Positions 25,981 through 39,433 of a DNA stretch of 64,000 nucleotides are shown here, piece by piece. How positions within the stretch are numbered: position 1 is the stretch's first letter; the number at the start of each line of letters is the position of its first letter. Made by a program: the position numbers and the translations under genes. Source of the DNA: Octopus bimaculoides (Eukaryota); contig NC_069000.1 in assembly GCF_001194135.2 (NCBI RefSeq), positions 29,931,582-29,995,581 of the forward strand, written 5' to 3'. Under the pieces are notes generated by a model. The model worked only from the letters and a program-made list of their open reading frames with translations, made no database searches and was not told where the DNA came from.

Positions 25981-27129
25981 AGAGTCCAGAAAATAAATCT
26001 TCAATCCAGAACCATTCTTTTCTTCTAAAGCGATGAAATGGCAGGATTGCCTTCTTTTCCAGAAAAGCTTGTTCCATCTCCATTGAACACCGGTTGGGAA
26101 GGGTAGTTGCTACACTGTGATATTCTGAAGAACCTAGTGAAATTCCTTAGTTACATCGGTGTCTACACTTGCACCTTCAGACATACAGATGTTATATGGG
26201 TTTTGTTGCTAACACCTTAAAAAACCTTAGGCAGTTAGAGGTGCAGGCTGTTTTCCTCCTATGATGGGTATAAAATGGTGCAAACAATTTGGATGTATGT
26301 AGGAGTAATCATGAATCATAATTTCTTATGTTCTTCAATTTAATTTTGTAGGAAAAACACCCTTTTTTTTTTTTTTGCAAAGGAAGTGCTTTCATCTTCA
26401 CTTTCAAGGGGCAGCAGAGAGTAAGACAGTGAGAAAAATATTCCATTTCTTTTCTTTATCACTTTTGCTATCTTTAGTTATATTTTTACACTTATGTACA
26501 ATACAAGCAAAGGATGAGAGAAGAAGAAAGACAAGGAATAAGAGAAAGTTTAAGACAAAACTAACAGATAAGAAGAATTAATGTGACTGAGCACAAATAT
26601 CCAAGATGCCTATGAAAGCAAAGGGAATATCAACAGATACGAAAAGAGAATGTAGATGATGAACGATGAGCTGATGGTAAGTGACAACAAGTGAGAAAGA
26701 GCACAGAATGACAGTAAAACATGAATGAAAAACATTTAATTTGAGAAATGTTCAAATAAGACAGCATAAAAGATAGCTTGGTGTTCCAAGACATAACAAA
26801 AGAATAAGTTTGTTTTTTTCTTTAATTACCACAAGCTTATAATAAATATCACTAGCATAACAAAATAGTTTTATGGAGATATATAGAATTTATGTCTCAA
26901 AATAATAGTAAATAAATTTATAAAACAGAATTTCCATGGGTCCTGTGTGTTGTTATAATGTAGTATTATCCTATGGGAAACATTGTCTCCAAGAAAAATA
27001 GGAATCAGTGCTAAATGAGAGAACTCTAAGAGGGGGTATTATCGTACAGCAAAGCATTTATGTCTGACAATCAAATGATTCTGCCAATATAATACAATAA
27101 TAATAATAATAATAATATTAATGATAATA

Positions 27130-28190
27130 GTAATGGTTTCAAATTTTGGTACAAGACCAGCAGTCTTTTGAGGGAAGGGGGAAGTCAATTACATTGACCC
27201 CCATACTTGGCTGGTATGCTATTATAGTGACCCCAAAAGGTTGAAAGGCAGTGTTGATCTCAGCAGAATTAGAACACAGAACATAAAAATGGCCAAAATG
27301 CCTCTAAGCATTTCATCCAGTGTGCAAACAATTCTGCCAGCTCCCTACCTTAATAATAATAATTATAATCAGAAGAAAAAAATGAAGGAGATGAAGAATA
27401 GTTTCAAATTTTGGCACAAGACCAGGAATATAGTGGGATGGGATAAGTCAATTATATCGACCCCAGAGTTCAACTGGTACATATTTTATCAATCTTGCAA
27501 GGATGGAAGGCAAAGTCAATCTTGGAAGAATTTGGACTCAGAATGCCAAGACGGACAAAATGCCACTAAGCATTTTATCTGGTGTGCTAACAACTCTGCC
27601 AGCTCACTGCCGTATATAATAATAATAATTCTTTCTACTATAAGCACAAGGCCTGAAATTTTTGGGAAGAGTGTTGCTAGTTGATTACATCAACCCCAAT
27701 GCTTAACTGGTATTTATTTTATTGATCTAAAAGAATGAAAGGCAAAGTTGTCCTTGGCAGAATTTGAACTCAGAATGTAAAGACAAATGAAGTGTAGCTA
27801 AGTGTTTTGTCTGGTGTGCTAACAATTCTGCCAGCTTGTCACCTTTAATAATTATAATAATAATGATTTAAAATTTTGCCACAAGGGCAGCAATTTTGCA
27901 GGAGGGGATGAGTCAATAACATCAACCCTTGAGTTCAACTGGTACATATTTTATCAACCCCAATGTAGCAATTGGTGAAATACTGCTAAGCATTCTGTCC
28001 AGCGTGCTAACAATTCTGCCAAATTGCTGCCTTAATAATAATAATAATAATAATGATAATATTGGTACATGGCTAGCAAGTTTGGGAGATGGGGTAAGTT
28101 GATTATATTGACCCCAGTGTTTAACTGGTCCTTGGATGAAATGTTGCTAAGCATTTTGCCTGATGTGCTAACAATTTTGCTTCTGATTAA
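27130..28190 (-). mobile_element. SINE family A tandem array (5 copies)
   Basis: Co-oriented copies separated by (AAT)n. Confidence 0.85.
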
Positions 28191-28840
28191 AGGATGAGGT
28201 AATTTTGAAGGGAGAAGTTAGTCCCTACACTCTCATATATCATTGTTAAACATGAACATTTTTAGTCGTGTTTTCTAAGATGTGTCTAATTCTTTTTGAT
28301 GTTAAAAAAAGGAAACTTCTTAATGTATTTCTGAAACCAAGAATAATAAAAGATAGTGAAAATAATTTCTAACCCAAATACTTCTTATTGCTATTTTACT
28401 GGGGACTGTATATTTTCCAAAGTGATGCTAGTGTTGCAGATTATAAAAAGTAATAACAACATTGGATGTGAGATAACATTTGTTCCCCACATGCCACATC
28501 TTACACTTACAACAATTCTGATGGTGGTGGTGGTGGTAATGATGACAGAGATGGTGCTAGCATGGCAGGGATCTTTGGGTCAATGGAAGGGGTTACGAAA
28601 AATTGTTGGAGTAGCAGAAATTATCTTGTAAAAGATGACTTGCTTGAAGATATTCTGGTTGTGTGTGTGTATGTGTAGAGATAAAGTATCATCCTCACTT
28701 CACTCTCCCTCATCCAATGAGGTTGGATTAAAGGTTTAAAGCACATTTGGATATACTTACACACTGATAAGGAAAGAGGATGTTAAATAACTATGCACTT
28801 GCTGTGTTTATTTATTAACTGTGAGAGAGTGTGTATGTAA

Positions 28841-28878
<38 letters not shown>

Positions 28879-29419
28879 TTAGACAAACAAGGCATGTTCT
28901 CAAACTAACTGAGGCACATAGGTAAATATAAGTATTCCTGTGTGTTTTGTTCATAGGAATAAGGCTGACAGATAGAAAATGAAGTACTCCATACTTGAGG
29001 AAAGAGAGTGTATTATATTCTTTACTTGGTGACTAGTTTACAAATTCAAGTAGAATTGAAACAAAATTAACTGCAAATTAAATCATGAGGGAAAGAATAT
29101 AGGATATCTCTCTCTCCTTATATATNNNNNNNNNNNNNNNNNNNNNNNNNNNNNNNNNNNNNNNNNNNNNNNNNNNNNNNNNNNNNNNNNNNNNNNNNNN
29201 NNNNNNNNNNNNNNNNNNNNNNNNNNNNNNNNNNNNNNNNNNNNNNNNNNNNNNNNNNNNNNNNNNNNNNNNNNNNNTAGCTTGTTCACTGGTATGCTGC
29301 GGTTTACCACAATGAGCATGACTCCCTCAGAGCAGTGAGTGTTAAACACCTGAAAGTCATAGACAGGCAAGACAACTCATCCCTAATCCCATTCAGGAGT
29401 GATGGGTAGTGATATTTTA

Positions 29420-29809
29420 CCATGCTATGTGGTAAGTAGCTTGCATACCAACCACATGGTTCCAGGTTCAGTCCCACTGCGTGGCACCTTGAGCAACTGT
29501 CTTCAGCTATAGCCTCGGGCCGACCAAAGCCTTGTGAGTGGATTTGGTAGACGGAAACTGAAAGAAGCCCATTGTATATATGTATATACATATATATGTA
29601 TGTGTGTGTGCCTGTCCCCCCAACATTGCTTGACAACCGATGCTGTTGTGTTAATGTCCCCGTAACTTAGCGGTTCAACAAAAGAGACTGATAGAATAAG
29701 TACGAGGCTTACAAAGAATAAGTCCTGGGGTCGATTTGCTCAACTAAAGGCGGTGCTCCAGCATGGCCACAGTCAAATGACTGAAACAAGTAAAAGAGTA
29801 AAGAGTATA

Positions 29810-29810
<1 letters not shown>
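29420..29810 (+). mobile_element. SINE family B, near full length. Other copies: 34940-35290 (+), 46980-47320 (-), 48440-48805 (-), 59380-59590 (+), 61270-61480 (-)
   Basis: B-box-like GGTTCAGTCCC, internal TA/CA tract, and aaaagagt tail. Confidence 0.85.
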
Positions 29811-29843
<33 letters not shown>

Positions 29844-30391
29844 AGCACATGGCTTAGTGGTTAGAGAATCAGGCTCACAATCACGAGGTAGTAAGTTCAA
29901 TTTCTGGACCAGGCTGTGTTGTGTTCTTGAGCAAGACACTTTATTTCACGTTGCTCCCGTTCACTCTGCTTTAGAAATGAGTTGTGACGTCACAGGTGCC
30001 AAGCTATATCGGCCTTTACCTTTCCCTTGGATAACACTGGTGGTGTGGAGAGGGGTGGCTTGCCTAGTTGGTGGGGGTGGTCATTTCAAGGCTAAAACAA
30101 TGCAAACCATATTGTGACCAGCAATGTGTAACAACAGCTGATAGTCTGGTTGGTCAGGTGATATATATATATATATATATATATATTGTAGTACCTTGGT
30201 TTTCAAACAACTCTGATCGCGAATAAATCGTGCTTTATATATAAATAGATATCGTTGTCGTCGTCGTCGTTTAACGTCCGCTTTCCATGCTAGCATGGGT
30301 TGGACGATTTGACTGAGGACTGGTGAAACCAGATGGCTACACCAGGCTCCAATCTAATTTGGCAGAGTTTCTACAGCTGGATGCCCTTCCT

Positions 30392-30888
30392 NNNNNNNNN
30401 NNNNNNNNNNNNNNNNNNNNNNNNNNNNNNNNNNNNNNNNNNNNNNNNNNNNNNNNNNNNNNNNNNNNNNNNNNNNNNNNNNNNNNNNNNNNNNNNNNNN
30501 NNNNNNNNNNNNNNNNNNNNNNNNNNNNNNNNNNNNNNNNNNNNNNNNNNNNNNNNNNNNNNNNNNNNNNNNNNNNNNNNNNNNNNNNNNNNNNNNNNNN
30601 NNNNNNNNNNNNNNNNNNNNNNNNNNNNNNNNNNNNNNNNNNNNNNNNNNNNNNNNNNNNNNNNNNNNNNNNNNNNNNNNNNNNNNNNNNNNNNNNNNNN
30701 NNNNNNNNNNNNNNNNNNNNNNNNNNNNNNNNNNNNNNNNNNNNNNNNNNNNNNNNNNNNNNNNNNNNNNNNNNNNNNNNNNNNNNNNNNNNNNNNNNNN
30801 NNNNNNNNNNNNNNNNNNNNNNNNNNNNNNNNNNNNNNNNNNNNNNNNNNNNNNNNNNNNNNNNNNNNNNNNNNNNNNNNNNNNNNNN
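30392..30888. other. Assembly gap. Others: 6216-6301, 12855-12864, 21384-21576, 29126-29277, 51586-52129, 53235-53298, 54882-55068, 59347-59372
   Basis: N runs in the sequence. Confidence 0.99.
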
Positions 30889-31754
30889 CATAAAAATTCT
30901 TGTTTTTTCCACTCTGGATGACTATATACTGAGGCAGTCACTCAAAAGTGGTTGAGCCTTTGTAGGCTCATACATTTCCCTCACTTTCTTCGTACATTGA
31001 TCCATGTGTACATACACACACATTATATAAATAGCTGAAATCCCATTATAACAAATGCAAATATGATAAATTTTTTTATTTAGTTTTCAGTCTTTAAATC
31101 TTAAAATTAATCTTATAATAAAGTTGATTACAGTGAATATTTTAGTACCACATAATAAAATAAAAAAGATGTGAAAGTCATTATTGGAATGTTCCTGATC
31201 AAACTAGAATTTGATAAATAAATTCTGATTCGTTGTTGAACAGAACATCGAAATGTGAATATTTTTAGCACATAATCTTTATGATTTCCTTTTTGTTTTT
31301 GATTTTTGCATTCTTGTAATGAATTTTTTAAAACTCTCTCTAATGCATTATAACGGTATTTAATCCCTCTCTGTCCATTCATTTAAACACCTCTATGCCC
31401 ATGCTAATATGAGTAAACATGCTTCAATTACGATTTTACAGCCAAACACTCTTCCTGTCACCACCTTTACCTGTTGTTTTGGATGGATGCATGGATAGAT
31501 GGACAGATAAGTAAATAGATAGGGACTGTTGATAGATCTTTAAATGAATAATTAAATCAATTGGAAACATTTCTTGTTACAGTTTTGAATCAAAGCATTG
31601 GTATGGGTGCTGGTTCCACATAAAAAAAGCAACTGTACTAGCCCCTATCTCTCTAACACCACTCGTCAAGGCACCCATCATTGTCCCTATTATATCACTA
31701 ACTCCTTTACCTGCACTTCTAGCAACATCATTTACTGCATCTCCTTTATTTACG

Positions 31755-32142
31755 GAAGATGGGGTGCCTTGTCACACAGCTAAAATGACCCAGGATTTGT
31801 TGGATGAGAATGGTATTAAAAAGCTTCGATGGCCAAGCCAGTCATCAGATATAACACCTCTGGGACATAAAGGACAGGACACTTCATAAAAGAACAAGAA
31901 AGCATCTTCAAAGCCAGATCCTTTGAGATTACTGCATGAAACTTGGTAAGAAATCCCACAAGAGAATATTCATCTGATCATTAACATACCTAATAGGGTC
32001 CTTGTATTAAAAAATGCAAAGGGAATGTCCACTAAATATTAAATATTCACACTATAACAATAAATAATCTGAATGAATAATTTCAGATTGAAATAAATTT
32101 TAATGATTATAAGGGTGTCTATTTACTTCTGTCATGTCTATG
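31755..32142 (+). mobile_element. Tc1 (DD34E-spaced) transposase C-terminal relic
   Basis: EDGVPCHTAKMTQDLLDENGIKKLRWPSQSSDI...LWD...AKGMSTKY*; W-P starts 24 residues after the second D, as in DD34E. Confidence 0.8.
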
Positions 32143-32736
32143 TACATACATACATATATGTATATACATACATATATATATATATTATACTATATATATA
32201 TAACACTTAGGCATGCCACCACTTAACAACTGGTGTTGATTTGTTTACAGACTTGCAACTTAAAAGTTCAGCAAAAGCGAACATTAAAATAAGTACCAAT
32301 CTTAAAATAAAAACAAAAAACATAAGAACTAGGAGTCAATCTATTTTACTGAAAACCCTTCAGAGAGGTATTATCTCAGCATGGCCACAGTTCTACAGTC
32401 CAATGACTAAAGCAAGTAATTTCAATCCTGGAATAGTTTAGGTTAACTTCACCCCTGCCATCTTCAGAATGTGTAGCTGTGCAACAAAATTATCATCATC
32501 ACCATCATTACAACATTAAGAAATATTTTATGCCGTCTGTCTGACTGTCTATACTTCCATGTATGACTATATGTTATTTCACATTATAGATATTCTACCA
32601 AAATTATTGAAATAATTTGATATTCTACTTCCTCAATTCCAACTTACTTCTTCCTCTACTGTTTCTCTTAGTTGTTTATATATCTCTGGTCTGGTTACAC
32701 ATACACTCCATCAGTACTAAGACTCTACCAAATATA

Positions 32737-32783
<47 letters not shown>

Positions 32784-33516
32784 CCAAACATAATACAGGA
32801 TTCGCACAACACGCACAATCAAGGATGTGGAGTTTTGGAGTCAGAATCAGAAGCTATCATTAGGACACTAGGGTTGGAGTCGATTTATTTTTACCAACTG
32901 ATCAAATGTAAAATGTAATGTCATTCATTCAAATTTTAGCTGCACAAATACTAATTTGCAAAATAGTCAAATCAGACTCAACTCTTTAGCATTTGGATTT
33001 CTCTGACAAATGTAATGCTTATTTAGTCACATTTTTTGAATTTATCTTGCATTATCTCCTAGCTTTGAGATTCCAATAGTGTAGAGGTTAGATCTCACCA
33101 GTGTGAGTATAAATATTTGGGCCAGAAATGGTTGGCTTAAATGCTAAAAGGTTAAGGGTCTCTATGAAAGAAGATTAGATTATAGCAGTTCTGTTTCTAA
33201 GAACAGAATATTGGTAAATTTTGGATTAGGATTTGATTTAACCCTTATTCTAAAGATATAATATTTCTTTAATAAATTTTGTAGGAATAAACGTTTCATT
33301 CTTTACAGTATAAGTTTTACTTCATTTAATACAATGTTTCATGTACATTCACTTTAATTCAAACAATGCACTTCTCTTTAAAAAGAAAGGCTATGTTCTA
33401 ATTGAGCTTATTTCTTTAAACTGGTCATTTACATAGATGTTCTTGATTTACTTCTATAGTATTTTTATAGATTATTTCTTTTTGTCTATTGCTTGACTGC
33501 TTGTAACTTTTTTAAA

Positions 33517-33564
<48 letters not shown>

Positions 33565-33640
33565 CACACACACACACACATATATATACACACACACACA
33601 TAAATACATATACACACACATACACACACACACACATATA

Positions 33641-34867
33641 CAGGGGTTGGACAAAATAATGGAAACACCTAGCATAATAGCATCATAATTTTGAAATATC
33701 TATAAAAACCATCAAAAGCTTGTTTATTTTTATGTTTTTCGATTCATTATTAGTGTTGCTTAATATGTTTTGCTAAAATTGCTGTTTCTTTTCAGATATC
33801 ATCAGGAAAAGGTAATTAAAATTCATTTAAATGACAAGTCTATTGGGCTTTCAAAGAGGTCAAATTGTTGGTACTTGTATGACAGGTACTAGCACAACGA
33901 AAACAGTCAAAATGTTTGGTGTATCAAGAAGTACTGTCTCAACAGTAATGATAGCCTTTGAGAAAGAGGGAAAACCTCCTCATCGAAACAAAACTCCAGA
34001 AGAAAACCAAAACTTTCAGATAGTGACTGCTGAACTCTTACGCGAATTGTTAGAAAGGATCACAAAAGCACAGCTCCCAAAATTACTGCAGCGCTTAATG
34101 ACCACATCAAGAATCCAGTTTCCACAAAATCTGTTCGCCGAGAGCTACACAAAGCCGGATTTCATGGAAAGGCTGCAATAAGAAAACCACTACTTTCAAA
34201 AACAAATATTGCAAAACATTCAGAGTGTAGTAAAAACCTACAGAATTGGTCTCTAGAGCAGTAGAAAAATGTTATATTTTTGGATGAGTCATCCTTTACC
34301 TTATTTCCGACCAGACTGCCTTCTTCCAACTGTTAAACATGGAGGAGGATCTGTGATGACCTGGGGGAGGGGGGGGCTATATCTTGGAAATCCACCAGCC
34401 CAATGGTTTCACTTCATGGCAGAATTAATAGTCAAGACTATTTAAACATTTTATCTGATCAAATTTATCCTATGGTTGCGGAACTGTTTCCAGAGGCAAA
34501 TGCCATCTTTCAGGATGATAATGCAGCAATTCACACAGCTAAAGTTGTTACTGAATGGCACAAGGAACGTTTTTGTGAAGTTGAACATCTTGTCTGGCCA
34601 CCGCAGTCCCCAGATCTCAATATTATTGAACATTTATGGTGCATTTTAGAAAAACAAGTAAGGAGTCAATATCCTCCACTATCATCAGTACAAGAACTAG
34701 AAACTGTTTAAGCTGAAGAATGGACAGAAATTCCTTTGGAAACAATTCAAACTTTGTACAAGTTCATACCTTATAGAATTCAAGCTGTAATTACTGTCAA
34801 AGGTGGTCCTACCCCATATTAAAATAAATTTGTTTGAAATTGTTTCCATTATTTTGTCCAACCCCTG
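33641..34867 (+). mobile_element. Full-length (1227 bp) Tc1-like DNA transposon with DD36E spacing (Incomer-like); transposase disabled
   Basis: Perfect 27-bp TIRs CAGGGGTTGGACAAAATAATGGAAACA (33641-33667 and 34841-34867), TA on both sides. Transposase 33831-34821 contains VIFLDES, FQDDNA and WPPQSPDLNIIE. It has a frameshift near 33970, a TAG near 34262 and an internal deletion near 34310. Confidence 0.95.
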
Positions 34868-34870
34868 TAG

Positions 34871-34906
<36 letters not shown>

Positions 34907-35779
34907 ATACATACACACATACACACATATATATATACACACAGGTGTATGCATGGCTGTGTGGTAAGTTTGCTTCCCAACCACATGGTTCTGGATTCAC
35001 TTCCACTGCGTGGCACCTTGGGCAAGTGTCTTTTACGATGTAGCCTTAGGTCAACCAAACCCTTGTGAGTAGATTTGGTAGAGGGAAACTGAAAGAAGCC
35101 TGTCATGTGTGTGTGTATCTTTGTGTCTGTGTTTGTCCCCACCACTTCACAGCTAGTGTTGGTGTATTTACATCCCCATAGCTTAACTATTCAGTAAAAG
35201 AGACTAACAGAATAAGTACCAGACTTAAAAGAAAATAAGTACCGGTGTCGATTAGTTTGTCTAATGACTGAAACAAGTAAAAGATGACAGATATATATAT
35301 ATATATATAAATGCAAGTTTCAAGGATTGAGGTGTAGGAAAAAGGTTATCTTCAAGCAAACCGTAGAAAATATAAAAAAACAACTTTTAGGAACAATAGT
35401 GGTTTATTAAGGTGAAAGGTTGTGGATTTTTTCTATATTGAAGTATGGCAAGCTGAAAAATCTGTTTTATATTTCATGGTAGGCAGGCAGGGTTGCCAAG
35501 TTGTAAATAAAATACAAGAGTTAGGGAATGGAGGAGATAATATCTGGGTTGCATATGTTTCATAGCAAGTGGAACTTTGGAAGAAGTGTATATTGCAGGC
35601 TACTCTTCAGGCCAAAGGTATCTTGACTGAATGAAGTTTTTACATTGTCGTAATGCGGTAATGTCAACACATGAAGAGTAGCATGCAGTATACACCTTGC
35701 TTGGATAGTTACCACTTCCAATGTTACACTACTATGAAACGTATGTAGCCTGGATATTATCTGCTCCATTCCTTAACTC

Positions 35780-35874
<95 letters not shown>

Positions 35875-38800
35875 CATATGAATATGTATGTATGTATATA
35901 TATATGTCTATAAAGAGCCATAACAACAAAGTTGTAACCTTTAAACCCAAACTTTAGCAGATTTGTGTTTAAAAATAACTTAATGGCTGGAACTGACCAT
36001 GATTGCTGTGTTTTCAATCAATACATGATTAGTCTTGTTACAAAAGAGTCAGAAGCAAAGTTTTTGGGTAGTGACTCCACAGCCTTGCACACAAACACAC
36101 AATACTCATACAACGCTCAGTTACTTGACCTGCCAGATATAGCAACCAAACAGCTTTCAAAACACACTAAACTGTCTTGGAAGGCTGGATGTTGAACATA
36201 GTTTAATATATATAAGGAAAGTAAGGATGGTCATAGGTGAATGTCTTTGGTCACAAGTATGAGCTGTGGCTGAACAACATAGAATAGAAAACCTCACCTA
36301 TGCACATACATTAAACCTCAGCACTGCCATCACACACACACACACACACACAAGTATTACATTAGAGAGTATTTTAAACTAGGGAGGGTGTAGTGGGACA
36401 AAGATATGAAGTTTACGTGTAACAACTTCAGTTATCTTCATATATATACATAACCACAACCACTACCACCACTAACACTGCCAGCCCATCTACACTAATT
36501 ACCTCAGATGGAAGCAGTTGATGTTTTAGGGTATCGGGAAGGTATGTAATGTTTATATCTATCTTATCTCACATATGTCAAAGGTATTAAGCATTGCCTA
36601 GTTACCTTTGAGAGGATGAGGCATAAGAGAGAAAAGATTTAAAATGAAATGATAACAGTGATAATACAAATGGGTTCAGCAGTGATATCACTCATGTATT
36701 CGGCAATGATACCAAAATGGGTATGGGATCATAAAGAAAAAATCTACTAAAGCTATTCTAAGAAGAGGCAAATTAATTGAAACTCAAAGCATTAAGTTAG
36801 ATTTAGAGATTGAAATCAAAGAATTAGAATAGAACCACTCATAAAAGTAGGAAGGTGAAAAAGAAATAAGATGTAAAGAAAAAAACATAAAAGAGAAAAT
36901 TATAAAAGTTTGCTTAAAAAACAATTGAAGGCTGCCAGAGATGACATTATTGTTGTAAATACATTAACTGTCTCAATAATAAACTTTAAATTCAATATCA
37001 TAATGTATAGGAAATTAAGTGATTTGAAGAGGTTTGACTGGCCCAAACTATAGAGTTCTGGATTAACTAACTTACATTTTATATAAATATATAAAAGAAA
37101 GGGATATTAACTCTTTAGCGTTTAAAATGGTCTCATGTGACCAAAATATCCTATCTGTTTCCTTTTCAAGCCAGTCAGATCTGGCCTCTTACAGCTGCCC
37201 TACAATATCATTCTAAAAACAGATGATCACACCAAAATCTTGAAGCCACAAGAAAATGCACGATTAATTTAAAATGATGTGCATTAATAAACATTACAAT
37301 TGACAGACTAACCTGAGTGCTAAAGGCTTAAACAAAGAGAAACTATTACAAAATAATGTTAGTGGTAATAGAGAAATATTTAAAAACAAAGTACAGAGTT
37401 AATACACAAATCTTTGATCAACTCCAACTCACCAATTTAAGAAAATCTGAATATAGAAAATTTAACACATTATATTACAATTCACATATAGGTGGAGTCA
37501 GTTCCTTTTTACTGACTCCAACTCCCAAATCATTGCCTACAACTGACTGCAACTTAAATAGCACTACTTAAGATTAATTAAAAGGTAGAGTGATTAGTAT
37601 AAGGCAACAAGGAAAAAACTATATATGTAATCTGTTCTCTATGGACAAAGTAAAACAAAGCAGAAACTAGAAGTTAAGTACATGAAAAGGGCTGGTAAAA
37701 TGTTCAGATAGTACTAAACAAGGATTAAATGAAAGTGAATCAGAATACACTAATGTAAATGGACAGAATCCCGTAAGACTAGACAGAGAGCAAGTGAATC
37801 AATAATTTTTCCTGCTATTGGCAAGAGGCCAGTAATTTGAGGAGAGGGGTTAAGTTAATTACATCGATTCCGGTACTTGACCAATACTTATTCCATTGAC
37901 TGTGAAAAGATGAAAGACAAAGTGAACCTTGGTGGAATTGCAACCCAGAACAAAGATAAAAGAAATGCCACTAGGCATTTTGTCCAACAGGCTAATGATT
38001 CTACCAGCTAACCAAAGATCTGGGCTAAAGACACACATGGAAGGTCTGAATTTAGATGCTCAGGATCAGTGTCCAAATATAATAAAAACTACCAAATTAA
38101 CATTACAGACTATGTAATTAACACATTGTAGCATTTAACTAAATCATTTGTGGTTGCACAGTTTTAGTAGGTAGTTATATCTATTGAATAATATACATAC
38201 ACTTCCATATGAAAATAGAAAATGAATGCCAGAGGTGAGTGTGACAATAACAAGGGTATGATAATGTGGGACAAACAATGAGATGAAAGTAAACCTCTCC
38301 CACCAAGTATCACAAACAGAATGGAAAAACAATGTATGCACTCCGAAAGATATTTTAACATCATTAAGGACCAAGTCATAAGATTTCAAAGTACAAAATT
38401 TGGACACAAAACACTGTCAAATCACTAACACAACTTACACAGTAGACATTCTTCGCAACATAACTTACAAAATACATATTTTACAGAATCACCATATAAT
38501 ACTACTGTACAATAACAATTCATACAGTACATCATTATCACCATTTAGCGTCTGTTTTCCATACTGGCATGGGTTAGATAGTCTGACTGGAGATTGTAAG
38601 CTGGAGAGCTGCACAAGGCTCCAGTCAGTTTTGGTTTCGTTTCTACAGCTGGATGCCCTTCCTAATGCCAACCACTTTACAGAGTTTACTGGGCGTCTTT
38701 TACGTGTCACCAGCATGCCACAGGTGCAGTTTATGAGTCACTGGCACGGGTGCCTTTTATGTGTCACCAGCACAAGTGCCTTTTACATGTCACCAGTATG

Positions 38801-39338
38801 GTTGCCTTTTACGTGTTCTGGCACAATTGCCTTTTATGTGTCAACGGCACTGGCCACAACCATGATTTCACTTAGCTTGATGTGTCTGAAACACAACTTA
38901 CACAATTATTTCCTAATGCTACGCATCTTTTCACAACAAACATAGGGACACATTAACTCTTTAGCAATTAAACCTGCCATATCTGGCCCAAATATTCTAC
39001 CTGTTTTACGCTCAAATTGGCCAGATCTGGCCTCTCACATCTACCCTACAACAACATTCTGAAACTATACAATCACATCATTGAAATTTCAAAGTTATAA
39101 GATTAAGTATGATTAATTTGAAGCAATGTGAATAAATAAGCATTACATTTGGCAGAATAATCAGAATGGTAAGGGGTTAAAAAGATTTTTGAATGTGTCC
39201 TTATGGAAAACTTTAGTTCTCACTCAAATCACACCTCATCATCTTAAGAGGGGTACATTAGATAATGTAATCCTAGGTACCTTCAGAAATATAAGATGGT
39301 CATGACAGATCCTTATATACCAATCTAGGAGAGACAGA

Positions 39339-39433
39339 ATGTAAAAGAGACTTTGGTAAAATTTAAACTAAGTCCACACTGGGATGTAAAAGGGACTTTG
39401 GTAAAATTTAAACCAATTCCATACTAGGATGTA
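39339..39433. repeat. 45-bp tandem repeat (two units plus a partial)
   Basis: The unit atgtaaaagRgactttggtaaaatttaaacYaaKtccaYactRgg starts at 39339, 39384 and 39429. Confidence 0.85.

Noticed and set aside
26381-26418. Plus-strand segment after a poly-T tract reading SAFIFTFKGQQR before gtaaga
   Set aside because: Weak acceptor, very short, and no partner exons; the resemblance to a TLDc motif is superficial.
29278-29349. Good minus-strand acceptor followed by the open frame VFNTHCSEGVMLIVVNRSIPVNKL
   Set aside because: Runs into an N-gap, no donor is visible and the peptide is not recognisable; unresolved.
30323-30955. Long ORFs in the track spanning N-runs or microsatellites (also 51333-52249 and 21283-21775)
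   Set aside because: Artefacts of gaps and dinucleotide repeats.
35305-35375. Minus-strand TTGAAGA...GAAAC hammerhead-like spacing
   Set aside because: The core is mutated, and there is no stem I/II or NUH triplet.
37433-37446. 14-nt minus-strand micro-exon-like segment (ttcag|ATTTTCTTAAATTG|gtgagt)
   Set aside because: Frameshifting length; such matches are expected by chance in AT-rich DNA; no other support.
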